Shown in pieces: positions 9,261-19,070 of a stretch of 63,986 nucleotides of DNA (the first letter of the stretch is position 1; the number at the start of each line of letters is the position of its first letter). The stretch is from a virus (taxonomy: Duplodnaviria > Caudoviricetes): the IMG/VR virus record IMGVR_UViG_3300043392_000024, positions 1-63,986 of that record. One strand, 5' to 3'. The notes beneath the pieces were generated by a model that had not been told where the DNA came from, searched no databases, and worked only from the letters and a program-made list of their open reading frames with translations. Position numbers and translations under genes: made by a program.

Positions 9261-10676
9261 ATGGCTGGATCAGTTCAAGATACCCCGGGTTTTCAATTAC
9301 AACCCTCAGCGGTAAAGGCAACATTGCCTACTAACTACATTACCAACTTCGACTTCATGAACCAGTATCTTCCAGATACTTATGAGAAAGAATTCGAGCG
9401 TTATGGTAATCGCTCTATTGCATCTTTCTTACGTTTAGTAGGAGCAGAGATGCCATCTAACTCTGACTTAATTAAGTGGGCAGAGCAAGGTCGTTTACAC
9501 ACAAAATATGTTAACGTAACAACTACAGCTGTAGCTGGTGCTGATACTGCAACATGGACTGTGAATGATTCAAACGTATCAGTTAACTTCCGTGTTAACC
9601 AAACTGTATTCTTATCTGCGAACTCAGGTTCTGCTTCAGATAAAGCTATCATTACTGCAGTTGACTCTGCTAACGATACATTTACTGTAGCTTACTACGC
9701 AGGTGGTGGACAAACAATTGCTGCATCTACTGTATCAACTGCTTTCGTTTACGGTTCTGAATACACTAAAGGATCTACTGGAATGGTTGGTTCATTAGAA
9801 TCAGAAGACATTTTCTTCGAAAACAAGCCTATTATCATCAAGGACAAGTACACAGTTTCTGGTTCTGATATGGCTCAAATCGGATGGGTTGAAGTAACTT
9901 CTGAGAATGGTGCTACAGGATACTTATGGTACATCAAATCTGAGCACGAGACTCGTTTACGTTTCGAAGATTACTTAGAGATGTCAATGGTTGAAGGTGT
10001 TCCTGCTGAATCAGGTTCAGGTGCTTTGACTTACTTGACAGTTGCTGCTTCTAACGTACAACCTGGTGCTGCTGGTACTGATGGTTTGTTTGAGACAGTT
10101 GCTTCTCGTGGTAACGTTTGGGCTGGTGGTAATCCAACTACTTTGTCTGACTTCGATTCAATCATCCAACGCTTAGACAAGCAAGGAGCTATCCAAGAGA
10201 ACGTAATTTTCTTGAATCGTCAATTCTCATTCGATATCGATGATATGTTGGCATCTCAAAACTCTTACGGTACTAACGGTACTTCTTATGGTTTGTTTAA
10301 CAACGATGAGAACATGGCGTTGAACTTAGGTTTCAAAGGCTTCAAGCGTGGTTATGACTTCTACAAGACTGACTGGAAATACTTGAACGATGCAACTCTT
10401 CGTGGTGGAATCGTAGGTGGAGCTATCAACGGTATCTTGGTACCTGCAGGTTCTACTTCAGTATACGATCAAATCATGGGTAAAAACGCTAAACGTCCGT
10501 TCTTACACGTTCGTTACCGTGCTTCTGAGACTGAAGATCGTCGTTACAAGACTTGGATCACAGGTTCTGCTGGTGGTGCTCAAACTAGCGACCTAGATGC
10601 AATGGAGGTTAACTTCTTATCTGAGCGTGCTTTATGTACACTTGGTGCGAATAACTTCTTCTTGTTCGAAGCTTAG
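9261..10676 (+). CDS. Major capsid protein
   Basis: 471 aa after the scaffold, strongly biased high-expression codons (TTC, GGT, CGT), followed by a strong terminator. Confidence 0.85.
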   Translation: MAGSVQDTPGFQLQPSAVKATLPTNYITNFDFMNQYLPDTYEKEFERYGNRSIASFLRLVGAEMPSNSDLIKWAEQGRLHTKYVNVTTTAVAGADTATWTVNDSNVSVNFRVNQTVFLSANSGSASDKAIITAVDSANDTFTVAYYAGGGQTIAASTVSTAFVYGSEYTKGSTGMVGSLESEDIFFENKPIIIKDKYTVSGSDMAQIGWVEVTSENGATGYLWYIKSEHETRLRFEDYLEMSMVEGVPAESGSGALTYLTVAASNVQPGAAGTDGLFETVASRGNVWAGGNPTTLSDFDSIIQRLDKQGAIQENVIFLNRQFSFDIDDMLASQNSYGTNGTSYGLFNNDENMALNLGFKGFKRGYDFYKTDWKYLNDATLRGGIVGGAINGILVPAGSTSVYDQIMGKNAKRPFLHVRYRASETEDRRYKTWITGSAGGAQTSDLDAMEVNFLSERALCTLGANNFFLFEA

Positions 10677-10685
10677 TAAAATATT

Positions 10686-10718
10686 GGGGAGGAGCAATCC
10701 TCCCCTTATTTCTTTTTT
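10686..10718 (+). terminator. Rho-independent terminator
   Basis: GGGGAGGA-GCAA-TCCTCCCC stem with a GNRA loop and a T-rich tail. Confidence 0.9.
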
Positions 10719-10738
10719 AAAATTTAAATTATAATCAA

Positions 10739-11485
10739 ATGTCAAAATTAGTGCTCGAGGACAAAGTCTATGTCCTAAAAAGAAAAACATTCCCAATGTC
10801 GTTAATGTTGAATTCGAGAAATACAGCTCGTAAGCCATTATTATATTTCGACGAGGAGACAGGACAGAATCGTCCATTGCGTTACGCACGTAATCAGAAA
10901 TCACCATTTGAAGATGAGCAAGATGGCCACGCTATCTTAGAACCAATTATCTTTGAAGATGGTGTACTTACTGTACCAAAAAATAATCAAGTATTACAAA
11001 AATTCTTAGCATATCACCCAGACAATGGCGTTTTATTTCAAGAGTTAGACACTAGAAAAGATGCAACTGAGCAGATCGATTGGATGATGGTTCAATTAGA
11101 GGCACAAAATGTTGCTATGGGATTAGACATCTCTACACGTGAAGCTATCGGTCGCATCGTATTAGGTGCTCGTGTTGATCGTTTGTCAAGCGAAGAGCTG
11201 AAGCGTGATATATTAATGTACGCACGTAACAATCCTGAGGAGTTCTTGCAAATGACTAACGATCCTGAGTTGCGTTTACAAAATATTGCTGCTAAAGCAT
11301 TACAGGATAACTTGTTTGTATTAAAGAACAATAGACGTGATATCTACTTTAATTTACCAGACAACAAAAAGAAACTAATGGGTATTCCTTTTGGAGATGA
11401 CCCAATCAAATTGTTGACTGCTTATCTACAAAGCGATGATGGTATTGAATTATACAAAGTTATCGAGAAGAGATACACCAAGTAA
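10739..11485 (+). CDS. Conserved structural-module protein
   Basis: 248-aa ORF after the capsid gene. Confidence 0.7.
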   Translation: MSKLVLEDKVYVLKRKTFPMSLMLNSRNTARKPLLYFDEETGQNRPLRYARNQKSPFEDEQDGHAILEPIIFEDGVLTVPKNNQVLQKFLAYHPDNGVLFQELDTRKDATEQIDWMMVQLEAQNVAMGLDISTREAIGRIVLGARVDRLSSEELKRDILMYARNNPEEFLQMTNDPELRLQNIAAKALQDNLFVLKNNRRDIYFNLPDNKKKLMGIPFGDDPIKLLTAYLQSDDGIELYKVIEKRYTK

Positions 11486-11491
11486 TAAGAG

Positions 11492-11516
11492 GGAGGACAA
11501 AAGTCCTCCTTTTTTT
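11492..11516 (+). terminator. Rho-independent terminator
   Basis: GGAGGAC-AAAA-GTCCTCC followed by T7. Confidence 0.9.
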
Positions 11517-11517
11517 A

Positions 11518-11525
11518 TATCTTTG
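11518..11525 (+). promoter_or_regulatory. TAnnTTTG -7 promoter motif for the HNH cassette
   Basis: TATCTTTG immediately after the terminator. Confidence 0.65.
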
Positions 11526-11531
11526 TCATGT

Positions 11532-11617
11532 AGTTACCATCTCACAATACGTAACTTAAAAATATAAATGGTCTTATTAATGAAGCCGAGGTGAGATGCG
11601 GTGGATTTAGTAAGACC
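11532..11617 (+). ncRNA. Putative kissing-loop (two-hairpin pseudoknot) 5' leader RNA
   Basis: Hairpin AGTTAC/GTAACT has loop CATCTCAC (11538-45). Hairpin GGTCTTATTAA/TTAGTAAGACC has apical loop GTGAGATG (11591-98). The two loops are exact 8-nt complements. Confidence 0.6.
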
Positions 11618-11627
11618 TATTTTTATT

Positions 11628-12116
11628 ATGGAAATTTGGAAAGATATACCCGGTTACAAAGGATTGTATCAAGTAAGTAATTTAGGTAGCGTAAAAAGAT
11701 TAAATAAAAACAATGAAAAAATCCTAAAGAACAGGATTCGTGATGGATATTTTGCTGTATCGTTATCTAAGAATGGAATAAGAAAAGATGGAAAAATATC
11801 TAGAATGGTAGCCATTGCTTTTGTTGATAATCCTTTTAATTATAATATCGTTAACCATATAGATGGCAACAAGCAAAATAATAATTATGAAAATTTAGAA
11901 TGGGTTTCAAATAGGGAGAATATACACCATTATCATTTAAGTAAAAATGCTACAACAAAACATTCTTGCATATATGATAAAAAATACGGATTTGTAGTCC
12001 AGGTTAGTTTTGAAGGTAAAAGACATTATTTAGGTTATTATAAAAATTTAAATAATGCTATTGAGGCAAGAAATTGTTTTTTAAAATCAAATAATATTGT
12101 TAATAAGTATATATAG
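11628..12116 (+). CDS. NUMOD4-HNH homing endonuclease with AP2-like C-terminus
   Basis: EIWKDIPGYKGLYQVSNLG (NUMOD4), VNHIDGNKQNN..ENLEW (HNH_3), RHYLGYY...AIEAR (AP2-like). AT-rich relative to flanks. Start chosen at the ATG at 11628. Confidence 0.88.
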   Translation: MEIWKDIPGYKGLYQVSNLGSVKRLNKNNEKILKNRIRDGYFAVSLSKNGIRKDGKISRMVAIAFVDNPFNYNIVNHIDGNKQNNNYENLEWVSNRENIHHYHLSKNATTKHSCIYDKKYGFVVQVSFEGKRHYLGYYKNLNNAIEARNCFLKSNNIVNKYI

Positions 12117-12172
12117 TTTTCAATAAAAAAATATGCTTATTTTTGTAGGATAATATATGTAAATTATTTTAT

Positions 12173-12859
12173 ATGATTAATTCTGTCCGAAATACGGTAA
12201 TGTCTATCCTGAATAAGGACAATAATGGATATATAACACCTGAGGAATTTAATTCATTTTGTAAGCAAGCTCAACTTGAAATCTTCAATCAATACTTTGT
12301 GGACTTTAAGAACTCAAAGCTTTTGGATTTCAAGGGTATGGAAACGTCAGGTTATTCTGATGTTACAAAACAAATGGACCAAACTATCGATTATTTCTCT
12401 AAGAATATCGATTTAGTATATGCTGCAGGAAAGTTTTCTATGCCTACAGATTGGTTCTTAATGAACGCTCTGTACTACAATCAAAAGGAGATTGAGCACG
12501 TAGATCAACTTAAGGTTTATAAGCTGTTACAATCAAATCTAACGGCACCTACGGAGTTGTACCCGGCATATGTTATGCAAGGAAATGATATTACAGTATA
12601 CCCATTAACAATTGTTGACAACGTAGAGACGTATTATGTACGGTATCCATACGACCCTAAGTGGACATATACAGTTGTGAACGGTAGCCCTCTATTTAAT
12701 CAGAGTGCATCCGATTATCAAGACTTTGAATTAACATCATCTGACTTTCCAAAGTTAGTTGTAAAGATATGTGAGTACGCAGGAACAAGTATCCGTGAGC
12801 AAGAAGTTGTGGCTGCTGCCAAACAAGAAGAAATGTACATGGATCAAACGGCACAATAA
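12173..12859 (+). CDS. Tail adaptor / tubular structural protein (putative)
   Basis: 228 aa in the tail module, preceded by TATTTTTG (12138-45). Confidence 0.6.
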   Translation: MINSVRNTVMSILNKDNNGYITPEEFNSFCKQAQLEIFNQYFVDFKNSKLLDFKGMETSGYSDVTKQMDQTIDYFSKNIDLVYAAGKFSMPTDWFLMNALYYNQKEIEHVDQLKVYKLLQSNLTAPTELYPAYVMQGNDITVYPLTIVDNVETYYVRYPYDPKWTYTVVNGSPLFNQSASDYQDFELTSSDFPKLVVKICEYAGTSIREQEVVAAAKQEEMYMDQTAQ

Positions 12860-13755
12860 TGACTCAAGAAGAATATTACACCAATGGGGGGACTGCCCCT
12901 ACCGACAAAAACTGGGGTACATACCAAAATGTTACATTAAAGGAGATTGTTAACAACTTCCAATTAATGTACATGGACGATGGCGATTTGTTGAATAATA
13001 TCAATCGCTACAAAATTCTATTTCACGCTAAACGTGGATTGCAAGAATTACAATACGATGGCAATCGTGTGGTTAACGCTTTGCAATTAAATGTTGGAGA
13101 TGACCTTAAGTTTGTGTTGCCTCCTGACTATGTCAATTGGGTTCGTATTTCTTTGTTCTGCGGAGGGGTATTGTATCCGATGCACGAGAACTTGCAGGCT
13201 AACTCAGCTACAGAATATTTACAGGATAGCACATATGCTATAACATTTGATGAAGATGGCAATGCATTAATTGTTACATCTAAGTTAGACGAGTCTCGCC
13301 TAATTGGATTGAACCAATGCTACTGCGAACAGAACGACCAATGGGGTTGGTACTTGGATGGATTGTGGTATTTTAATTACCCAGGAGGTCAGTATTACGG
13401 ATTGAATACTGAGGCCGCTACAGCCAACCCCACGTTTACTATCAATAAAACTGAAGGCGTTATTAACTTCAGCACAGGTGTTCATCGCCAATCGGTGGTA
13501 TTAGAGTATATTTCTGATGGATTGTACGGATTAACAGATGATCAAATCCCTGTGCCTAAATTAGCAGAAGAGTATTTATACTCTTATATTAAGTGGGCTA
13601 TCTTAAACACAAAGGCTAATCAAGCTGAGTATGTTATTAATAGAGCTCGTAAAGAGAAGGTTTCAAATTGGAGAAACGCTAAAATCAGATTAAGTAATTT
13701 ACATCCTGGTCGCTTGTTAATGAACATGAGAGGCCAATCTAAGTGGATAAAATAA
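12859..13755 (+). CDS. Tail structural protein (putative)
   Basis: 298 aa, translationally coupled to both neighbours. Confidence 0.6.
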   Translation: MTQEEYYTNGGTAPTDKNWGTYQNVTLKEIVNNFQLMYMDDGDLLNNINRYKILFHAKRGLQELQYDGNRVVNALQLNVGDDLKFVLPPDYVNWVRISLFCGGVLYPMHENLQANSATEYLQDSTYAITFDEDGNALIVTSKLDESRLIGLNQCYCEQNDQWGWYLDGLWYFNYPGGQYYGLNTEAATANPTFTINKTEGVINFSTGVHRQSVVLEYISDGLYGLTDDQIPVPKLAEEYLYSYIKWAILNTKANQAEYVINRARKEKVSNWRNAKIRLSNLHPGRLLMNMRGQSKWIK

Positions 13756-16700
13756 ATGGCAGAATTACAAAGACACTTCCTACAGGGGATAATGAACAAG
13801 GACTTAGATCCTCATTTTCTACCTGATGGTCAATATCGTGATGCACTAAATATTATTGTTGCTGACTCAGATGGTACGTTTAGTACCGGAGATGGACAGC
13901 ATAATGGCGTTGCTCAGAATTACCTTGGTAATATTCAAATGAGCGATTCATTAGGATTATCTCCTAGTGCATTATGTATTGGAGCGTTGTCTAACCCTGC
14001 TCAAAACACTATCTATTGGATGATAGCATCAGATGAGTTTGATGCCGTTGTTGAGTACAATGAGGAGTTTGATGTAACGTCATTCATATTGAAGGCTACT
14101 AAAAATAGCCCAACGACTCCATCTATCTTAAATTTTAATAAGAACTATAGAATAACAGGAATAAACTACATTAATGGATTATTATTTTGGACAGATAACT
14201 ACAATCCTCCAAGAAAGATAAACATTGAGCGTTGTCGTAATTATGCTGTAGATGGTTTTACCGAGGATGACATTAGTGTTATTGTCAAGCCACCAATCGC
14301 ATCTCCTGCAATATCATTTCCAGATGTTGAAGACACTCTTCCAAATAACTTGGAGAATAAGTTTTTGTACTTCTCATATAGATATAAGTATTTAGATGAT
14401 GAATATAGTTCATTATCTCCATTCTCTCCTGTAGCATTCTTTCCTAAGCCATTTGCTTATGACTATGGTGTATCTGAGAATATATCAATGGTCAACAGCA
14501 AGAGTGCTGTAGATATCGAATACAATACAGGAGGGGCCAATGTAAAAGAGATTCAGTTAGTGTTTATTGACACATTAAGCACAAATGCTTATGTGATTGA
14601 TAATATTAATAAGCAGGATAATAATTTTGCAGATAACACAAATCATACATTTACTTTCCAAAACAATAAAGTATACACGATATTGCCTGCGGATCAAGTA
14701 AATAGATTGTTCGATAACGTGCCATTAAGAGCTCAGGCTCAAGACTTAATTGGCAGTCGATTGATATATGGTAATTATACACAATTCTTTGATCTTGTCG
14801 ATTCGAATGGTGCTAACATAAACCCTGCTTTTTCTTTATCGCTAGAGGGATCAGTAATTACTGACAATCTTCCTCATGCTACATTTAAAAGTAATCGTGA
14901 TTACGAGGTTGGTATTGTTTATTTAGATGACTACGGCCGATCAACTACGGTAATTGTCCCTACATTAAATACTAATACTTTATTTATTCCTGCCGATAGA
15001 GCAAATTATGCGAATGACATAAGAGTTGAAATAGATAAAGATTTTGCTCCTCCGGCATTTGCTACATATTATCGTTTTGTTTTAAAGCAGAATAAGCAGG
15101 AGTATTATAATATATTTCCATTGACTTATTTTTCAGATGGTCAATTTAAGTGGTTCTTGATTAACCAAGCAGATGTTGACAAAATATCTGTTGGGTCATA
15201 TTTATACATTAAGAATGTTGGAAGTAATAATGATATTCAAATAAAAGTATTGGATATTGAATCTAAGGCTTCCAATTTTTTAAATAATGATTCATCTCAA
15301 CCAGCAGGCGTTTATTTTAAAGTTAAAATAAATTCAAGTTTACTTCCCGATGTATTTAATTATCTAGGAGGAGGTATTGCTAGTTCTGGTAATGCTGCAC
15401 TTACTGGCATATTTCAAGTTGCAGAAAAATCAATATTTTACGGATATGGTAATAATGATTTAGAAACATCTAATTTAAATATTTACACAACAACAATTAT
15501 AACTGCTGGGTCTTGGCCACGACCAGATGCAAGATTTTATATAGAAATTGAATCGACTAATTCAGTTGCCGATAAATTCAATTATTACATAATGGCTGGT
15601 GGCAAAGGAAAGCAGTTAGTATCAACTACACCTATAACTATAGTCGCTGGTGCTGACGTATTATTAACTTATACTGGATATTTTAATTCGGCATTAGGTA
15701 CTTCTTTTCAAGCAACAGTTTCCTGTACTATAAAATTTGATGCTGCCATAGGTCACAAAAAATACGATTATTGGGTTGTAAATTGTAGAGCTTTAGCTAA
15801 CTCAACATTAAATGGTCCATTAAATATATTTGGGGCGTATTACCCTTTGTACTCAAGTAGCTGGACTGTATACGGAACCACAGATACATGGAGTGTAAAC
15901 TCTTCATATGATTCAGATCGCCCAATTAATGCAGGTACCATACTTAAGTTTACAACCAAATATAATGGTGGTAGCCCAAATGAATTAACTTTAATTTCTT
16001 CTGCTAATTATAAAAATATAGAAGAATGGTTTATAGAGGACAACGCATATGATAAATTCTCAACAATATTAGACATTAGTGAATTTGATAGTGGTAACGC
16101 AGTCCCTGTGTTATTTAGAAGAGTGTCTTTATTCCCGGATAATACACCAAATCAAACAGCAAATCAGGGTGGAGTTATAAGTGATACTACATTGAACTAT
16201 CCTGTAGCAATGATGCTTTTGGATACACAAACATCAAAAACTACATTTCAAGTTATATTAAATGTTACTCAGTCTGAATCTCCTATATTATTTGAAACCG
16301 TCCCAACTGATACTAACCAAGATATTTATTATGAATTAACTAATACATATCCAATTGTAAATAATAGTCATACGACAAACTTTACAAACCAAGTATTGGG
16401 TGAGTCTTCTGGATTTGCATATTTAAATAGAGATGATAGCTTTTCGTACCCAAACTACGACTTTAATGCATTTGCTTGGAGTAATGGTGTGGAAAGCTTT
16501 AGAATAAGAGATGACTGGAATGCAGCTACAATGCAGTTTAGCCCACGTGCCAATTCTACTATAGAAGGATATGCGGAGCAGACACTTGTTCAAGCTTTGA
16601 CATATAGTGGCGTATACCAACAAACAACAGCAATCAATCGATTGAATGAATTCAACTTATCTCTTGGTAACTTTAAGTACCTGGATCGATTCTTTGGTTC

Positions 16701-19056
16701 AATTCAAAAGTTACACGCACGTGATACAGATTTAGTTGTCTTACAAGAAAATAAGACATCCAAAGTTCTTTATGGTAAGAACCTAATAAGCGACTCTGTA
16801 GGAGGTGGCACAATTGCTTCAATTCCTGAGGTTCTTGGTACTCAAATTGCTTATACAGGTGAATATGGTATTAGTGAAAACCCTGAGAGTTTTACTACTT
16901 GGGGTAATAACATGTATTTTACTGATGCGAGACGTGGTGCTGTAATGCAGTTGTCTGAAGCAGGTTTGTTTGAAATATCTTCAAATGGAATGAAGAACTG
17001 GTTTAAAGCTAATCTAAATCAACCTACTGTAAAGATTGGTATGATGGATCCGTACTTCGAGCATTATGTTTTAAGTATTAATAACGATCGCCCAATTAGT
17101 ACTTGTCAGTTAAGTGTATCATCTGATGACGTTGTTGTTTCGAATATTGCAAATATTAATCAATTTGCTTTTGCTATTGAGTCTAATAGCCAATGGTCTA
17201 TTGTGGTTCCTGATAATGATTGGCTTACAGTTAATACAAGATTTGGCAATGGGAATGGACAGGTGTCTGTAACTACAACAGAAACAGAAGAAGCTAGAAG
17301 TGTAGTTGTTACTGTAGTAGGATGTAATACTGATATTGACGTTATAATTAGACAATCGGCCGCACCTCCTGTATTACCTACTACATGGTATTCGTTAAAA
17401 AAATGTTCTGATAACACTAATCATTTTTCTCAAGGTTATGAGGCACCAACTATTTTCTTCCCTAACGAAAGGGTAACTTCAGGCAGTTCAACATATATCA
17501 TATTGCAAGGTTACTCTGAGGACCCTGGTGGAACTCAGTTACCTATAACAGCAACAGGATTTGATTATTGTCCATCAATACCACCTACACAAGAGTGGTA
17601 CAATTTGATTAATTGTAGTACTAGTGCAACAGCAACTTCTATTGCTTATCCTATTAACACATTCGCAATAAATGCTCGTGTTACATCAGGTGGAGTTACT
17701 TACAGAATAAGTGCTAAAACAACCACAAATCCTGGAGGAACTCAAATTGCTATTACATCAACAGGATTTAGCGGATGTCCTACTGTTCCTACACAAGAAT
17801 GGTATAAACTATACAATTGTTCCACAGGTGATTTTGCATTTTCTGATGCATCGCCTATTGGAGAATTCCTTGTAGGGGATCGTGTCACATCAACAACAAG
17901 TTATACATATACTATTTACCAAGTATTAACTTCGCAGCCAATTGGTACATTGTTAGAATTGGCTGGAACAGGAGAGGTTGGTTGCCCAACTACTTTTACA
18001 TTCTACGCTTTAACAGGATCAGAATCTACTACATCTACAAAGTGGTACAGATTGTATAATTGTTCTACAGGTGCTACCGCATATTCAGTCGGATATCCTG
18101 ATACAATAGCATACAACATAAATGACCGAGTAACATCAGGAGGAGTAAACTATACAATTTCTTACATTTACTCAACTGATCCAGGTGGAACACAAATATC
18201 AATAACAGCAACAGGTATTGTTGGATGTCCGACAGTAGCCCAAGAATGGTATTACTTAACAAATTGCACTACAGGCGGAACAGCATATTCAATAGCGTAT
18301 CCTCCTGGTACATTCCCGGTTGATAGAAGGGTTTCTAATCTTTCAGCCACATATGTAATTACATCTGTATTGCCATCAGATCCAGGTGGAACTCAGTTAA
18401 CACTTTTAGATGAAGGCGTATCAGGTTGTCCTGCGATTTACCCTACAACTTGGTACACATTAAGAAGATGTTCTGATAATGCACAGCGTTGGTCTCAAGG
18501 ATATACCTCACCTACATTCTTTTCTCCTAACGAAAGGGTAACCTCTGGAGGATCAACATATATTGTATTACAGGGGTATTCTGAAGACCCAGGTGGAACT
18601 CAGTTACCTATAACATCAACAGGAGAATTCTATTGTCCATCAATACCGCCTACACAGGAGTGGTATATTGTTGAGAAATGTTCAGATGGTTTATTCTCAA
18701 ATACAATAGCATATAACATAGGCAGTTTCTCTGTGAACGATAGAGTGACTTCTGGTTCAGACACGTATCGTGTTTCGTCTGTATTGTCAAGTAATCCTGG
18801 AGGAACTCAAATATCTATAACAGATACAGGAGAGGTGGGGTGTCCTGCACCTCCTGCTCAGGAGTGGTATAAGTTGTATATTTGTGAAACAGGTCAAATT
18901 AAATATTCTTTACCATATAACTTAGGTACTTTTGTATTAAATGAAAGGGTTTTAACAGAAACTGATTTAATTGCCACAGTATCTGAAGTGTTAACAATAG
19001 AGCCTTCATTCCTTAAATTAGCAATTTCTTATACTGGATTTTTTAATTGCCCATAA
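13756..19056 (+). CDS. Tail nozzle/stabilisation-like protein with C-terminal BACON domain and 8 Cys-containing repeats
   Basis: N-terminal GIMNKDLD..LPDGQYRDALN, LFWTDNYNPPRKIN and YFTDARRGAV resemble podovirus nozzle/muzzle proteins. SNSQWSI..WLTV..GNGNGQVSVT..R is BACON-like. Confidence 0.75.
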   Translation: MAELQRHFLQGIMNKDLDPHFLPDGQYRDALNIIVADSDGTFSTGDGQHNGVAQNYLGNIQMSDSLGLSPSALCIGALSNPAQNTIYWMIASDEFDAVVEYNEEFDVTSFILKATKNSPTTPSILNFNKNYRITGINYINGLLFWTDNYNPPRKINIERCRNYAVDGFTEDDISVIVKPPIASPAISFPDVEDTLPNNLENKFLYFSYRYKYLDDEYSSLSPFSPVAFFPKPFAYDYGVSENISMVNSKSAVDIEYNTGGANVKEIQLVFIDTLSTNAYVIDNINKQDNNFADNTNHTFTFQNNKVYTILPADQVNRLFDNVPLRAQAQDLIGSRLIYGNYTQFFDLVDSNGANINPAFSLSLEGSVITDNLPHATFKSNRDYEVGIVYLDDYGRSTTVIVPTLNTNTLFIPADRANYANDIRVEIDKDFAPPAFATYYRFVLKQNKQEYYNIFPLTYFSDGQFKWFLINQADVDKISVGSYLYIKNVGSNNDIQIKVLDIESKASNFLNNDSSQPAGVYFKVKINSSLLPDVFNYLGGGIASSGNAALTGIFQVAEKSIFYGYGNNDLETSNLNIYTTTIITAGSWPRPDARFYIEIESTNSVADKFNYYIMAGGKGKQLVSTTPITIVAGADVLLTYTGYFNSALGTSFQATVSCTIKFDAAIGHKKYDYWVVNCRALANSTLNGPLNIFGAYYPLYSSSWTVYGTTDTWSVNSSYDSDRPINAGTILKFTTKYNGGSPNELTLISSANYKNIEEWFIEDNAYDKFSTILDISEFDSGNAVPVLFRRVSLFPDNTPNQTANQGGVISDTTLNYPVAMMLLDTQTSKTTFQVILNVTQSESPILFETVPTDTNQDIYYELTNTYPIVNNSHTTNFTNQVLGESSGFAYLNRDDSFSYPNYDFNAFAWSNGVESFRIRDDWNAATMQFSPRANSTIEGYAEQTLVQALTYSGVYQQTTAINRLNEFNLSLGNFKYLDRFFGSIQKLHARDTDLVVLQENKTSKVLYGKNLISDSVGGGTIASIPEVLGTQIAYTGEYGISENPESFTTWGNNMYFTDARRGAVMQLSEAGLFEISSNGMKNWFKANLNQPTVKIGMMDPYFEHYVLSINNDRPISTCQLSVSSDDVVVSNIANINQFAFAIESNSQWSIVVPDNDWLTVNTRFGNGNGQVSVTTTETEEARSVVVTVVGCNTDIDVIIRQSAAPPVLPTTWYSLKKCSDNTNHFSQGYEAPTIFFPNERVTSGSSTYIILQGYSEDPGGTQLPITATGFDYCPSIPPTQEWYNLINCSTSATATSIAYPINTFAINARVTSGGVTYRISAKTTTNPGGTQIAITSTGFSGCPTVPTQEWYKLYNCSTGDFAFSDASPIGEFLVGDRVTSTTSYTYTIYQVLTSQPIGTLLELAGTGEVGCPTTFTFYALTGSESTTSTKWYRLYNCSTGATAYSVGYPDTIAYNINDRVTSGGVNYTISYIYSTDPGGTQISITATGIVGCPTVAQEWYYLTNCTTGGTAYSIAYPPGTFPVDRRVSNLSATYVITSVLPSDPGGTQLTLLDEGVSGCPAIYPTTWYTLRRCSDNAQRWSQGYTSPTFFSPNERVTSGGSTYIVLQGYSEDPGGTQLPITSTGEFYCPSIPPTQEWYIVEKCSDGLFSNTIAYNIGSFSVNDRVTSGSDTYRVSSVLSSNPGGTQISITDTGEVGCPAPPAQEWYKLYICETGQIKYSLPYNLGTFVLNERVLTETDLIATVSEVLTIEPSFLKLAISYTGFFNCP
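17370..19053 (+). repeat. Eight ~68-aa intragenic repeats (WYxLxxC...RVTSG..Y...DPGGTQ..GCP)
   Basis: Visible in the translation. Repeats 1 and 6 are also similar at DNA level (17461-17600 vs 18526-18665). Confidence 0.9.
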
Positions 19057-19070
19057 TAATATAAAATAAT

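Noticed and set aside
11628-12116. Intron-encoded endonuclease
   Set aside because: The flanking genes are intact with their own terminator and promoter, so the HNH gene is free-standing.
17461-18665. Diversity-generating retroelement TR/VR pair
   Set aside because: Both copies are in-frame coding repeats, the differences are not adenine-specific, and no reverse transcriptase is present.
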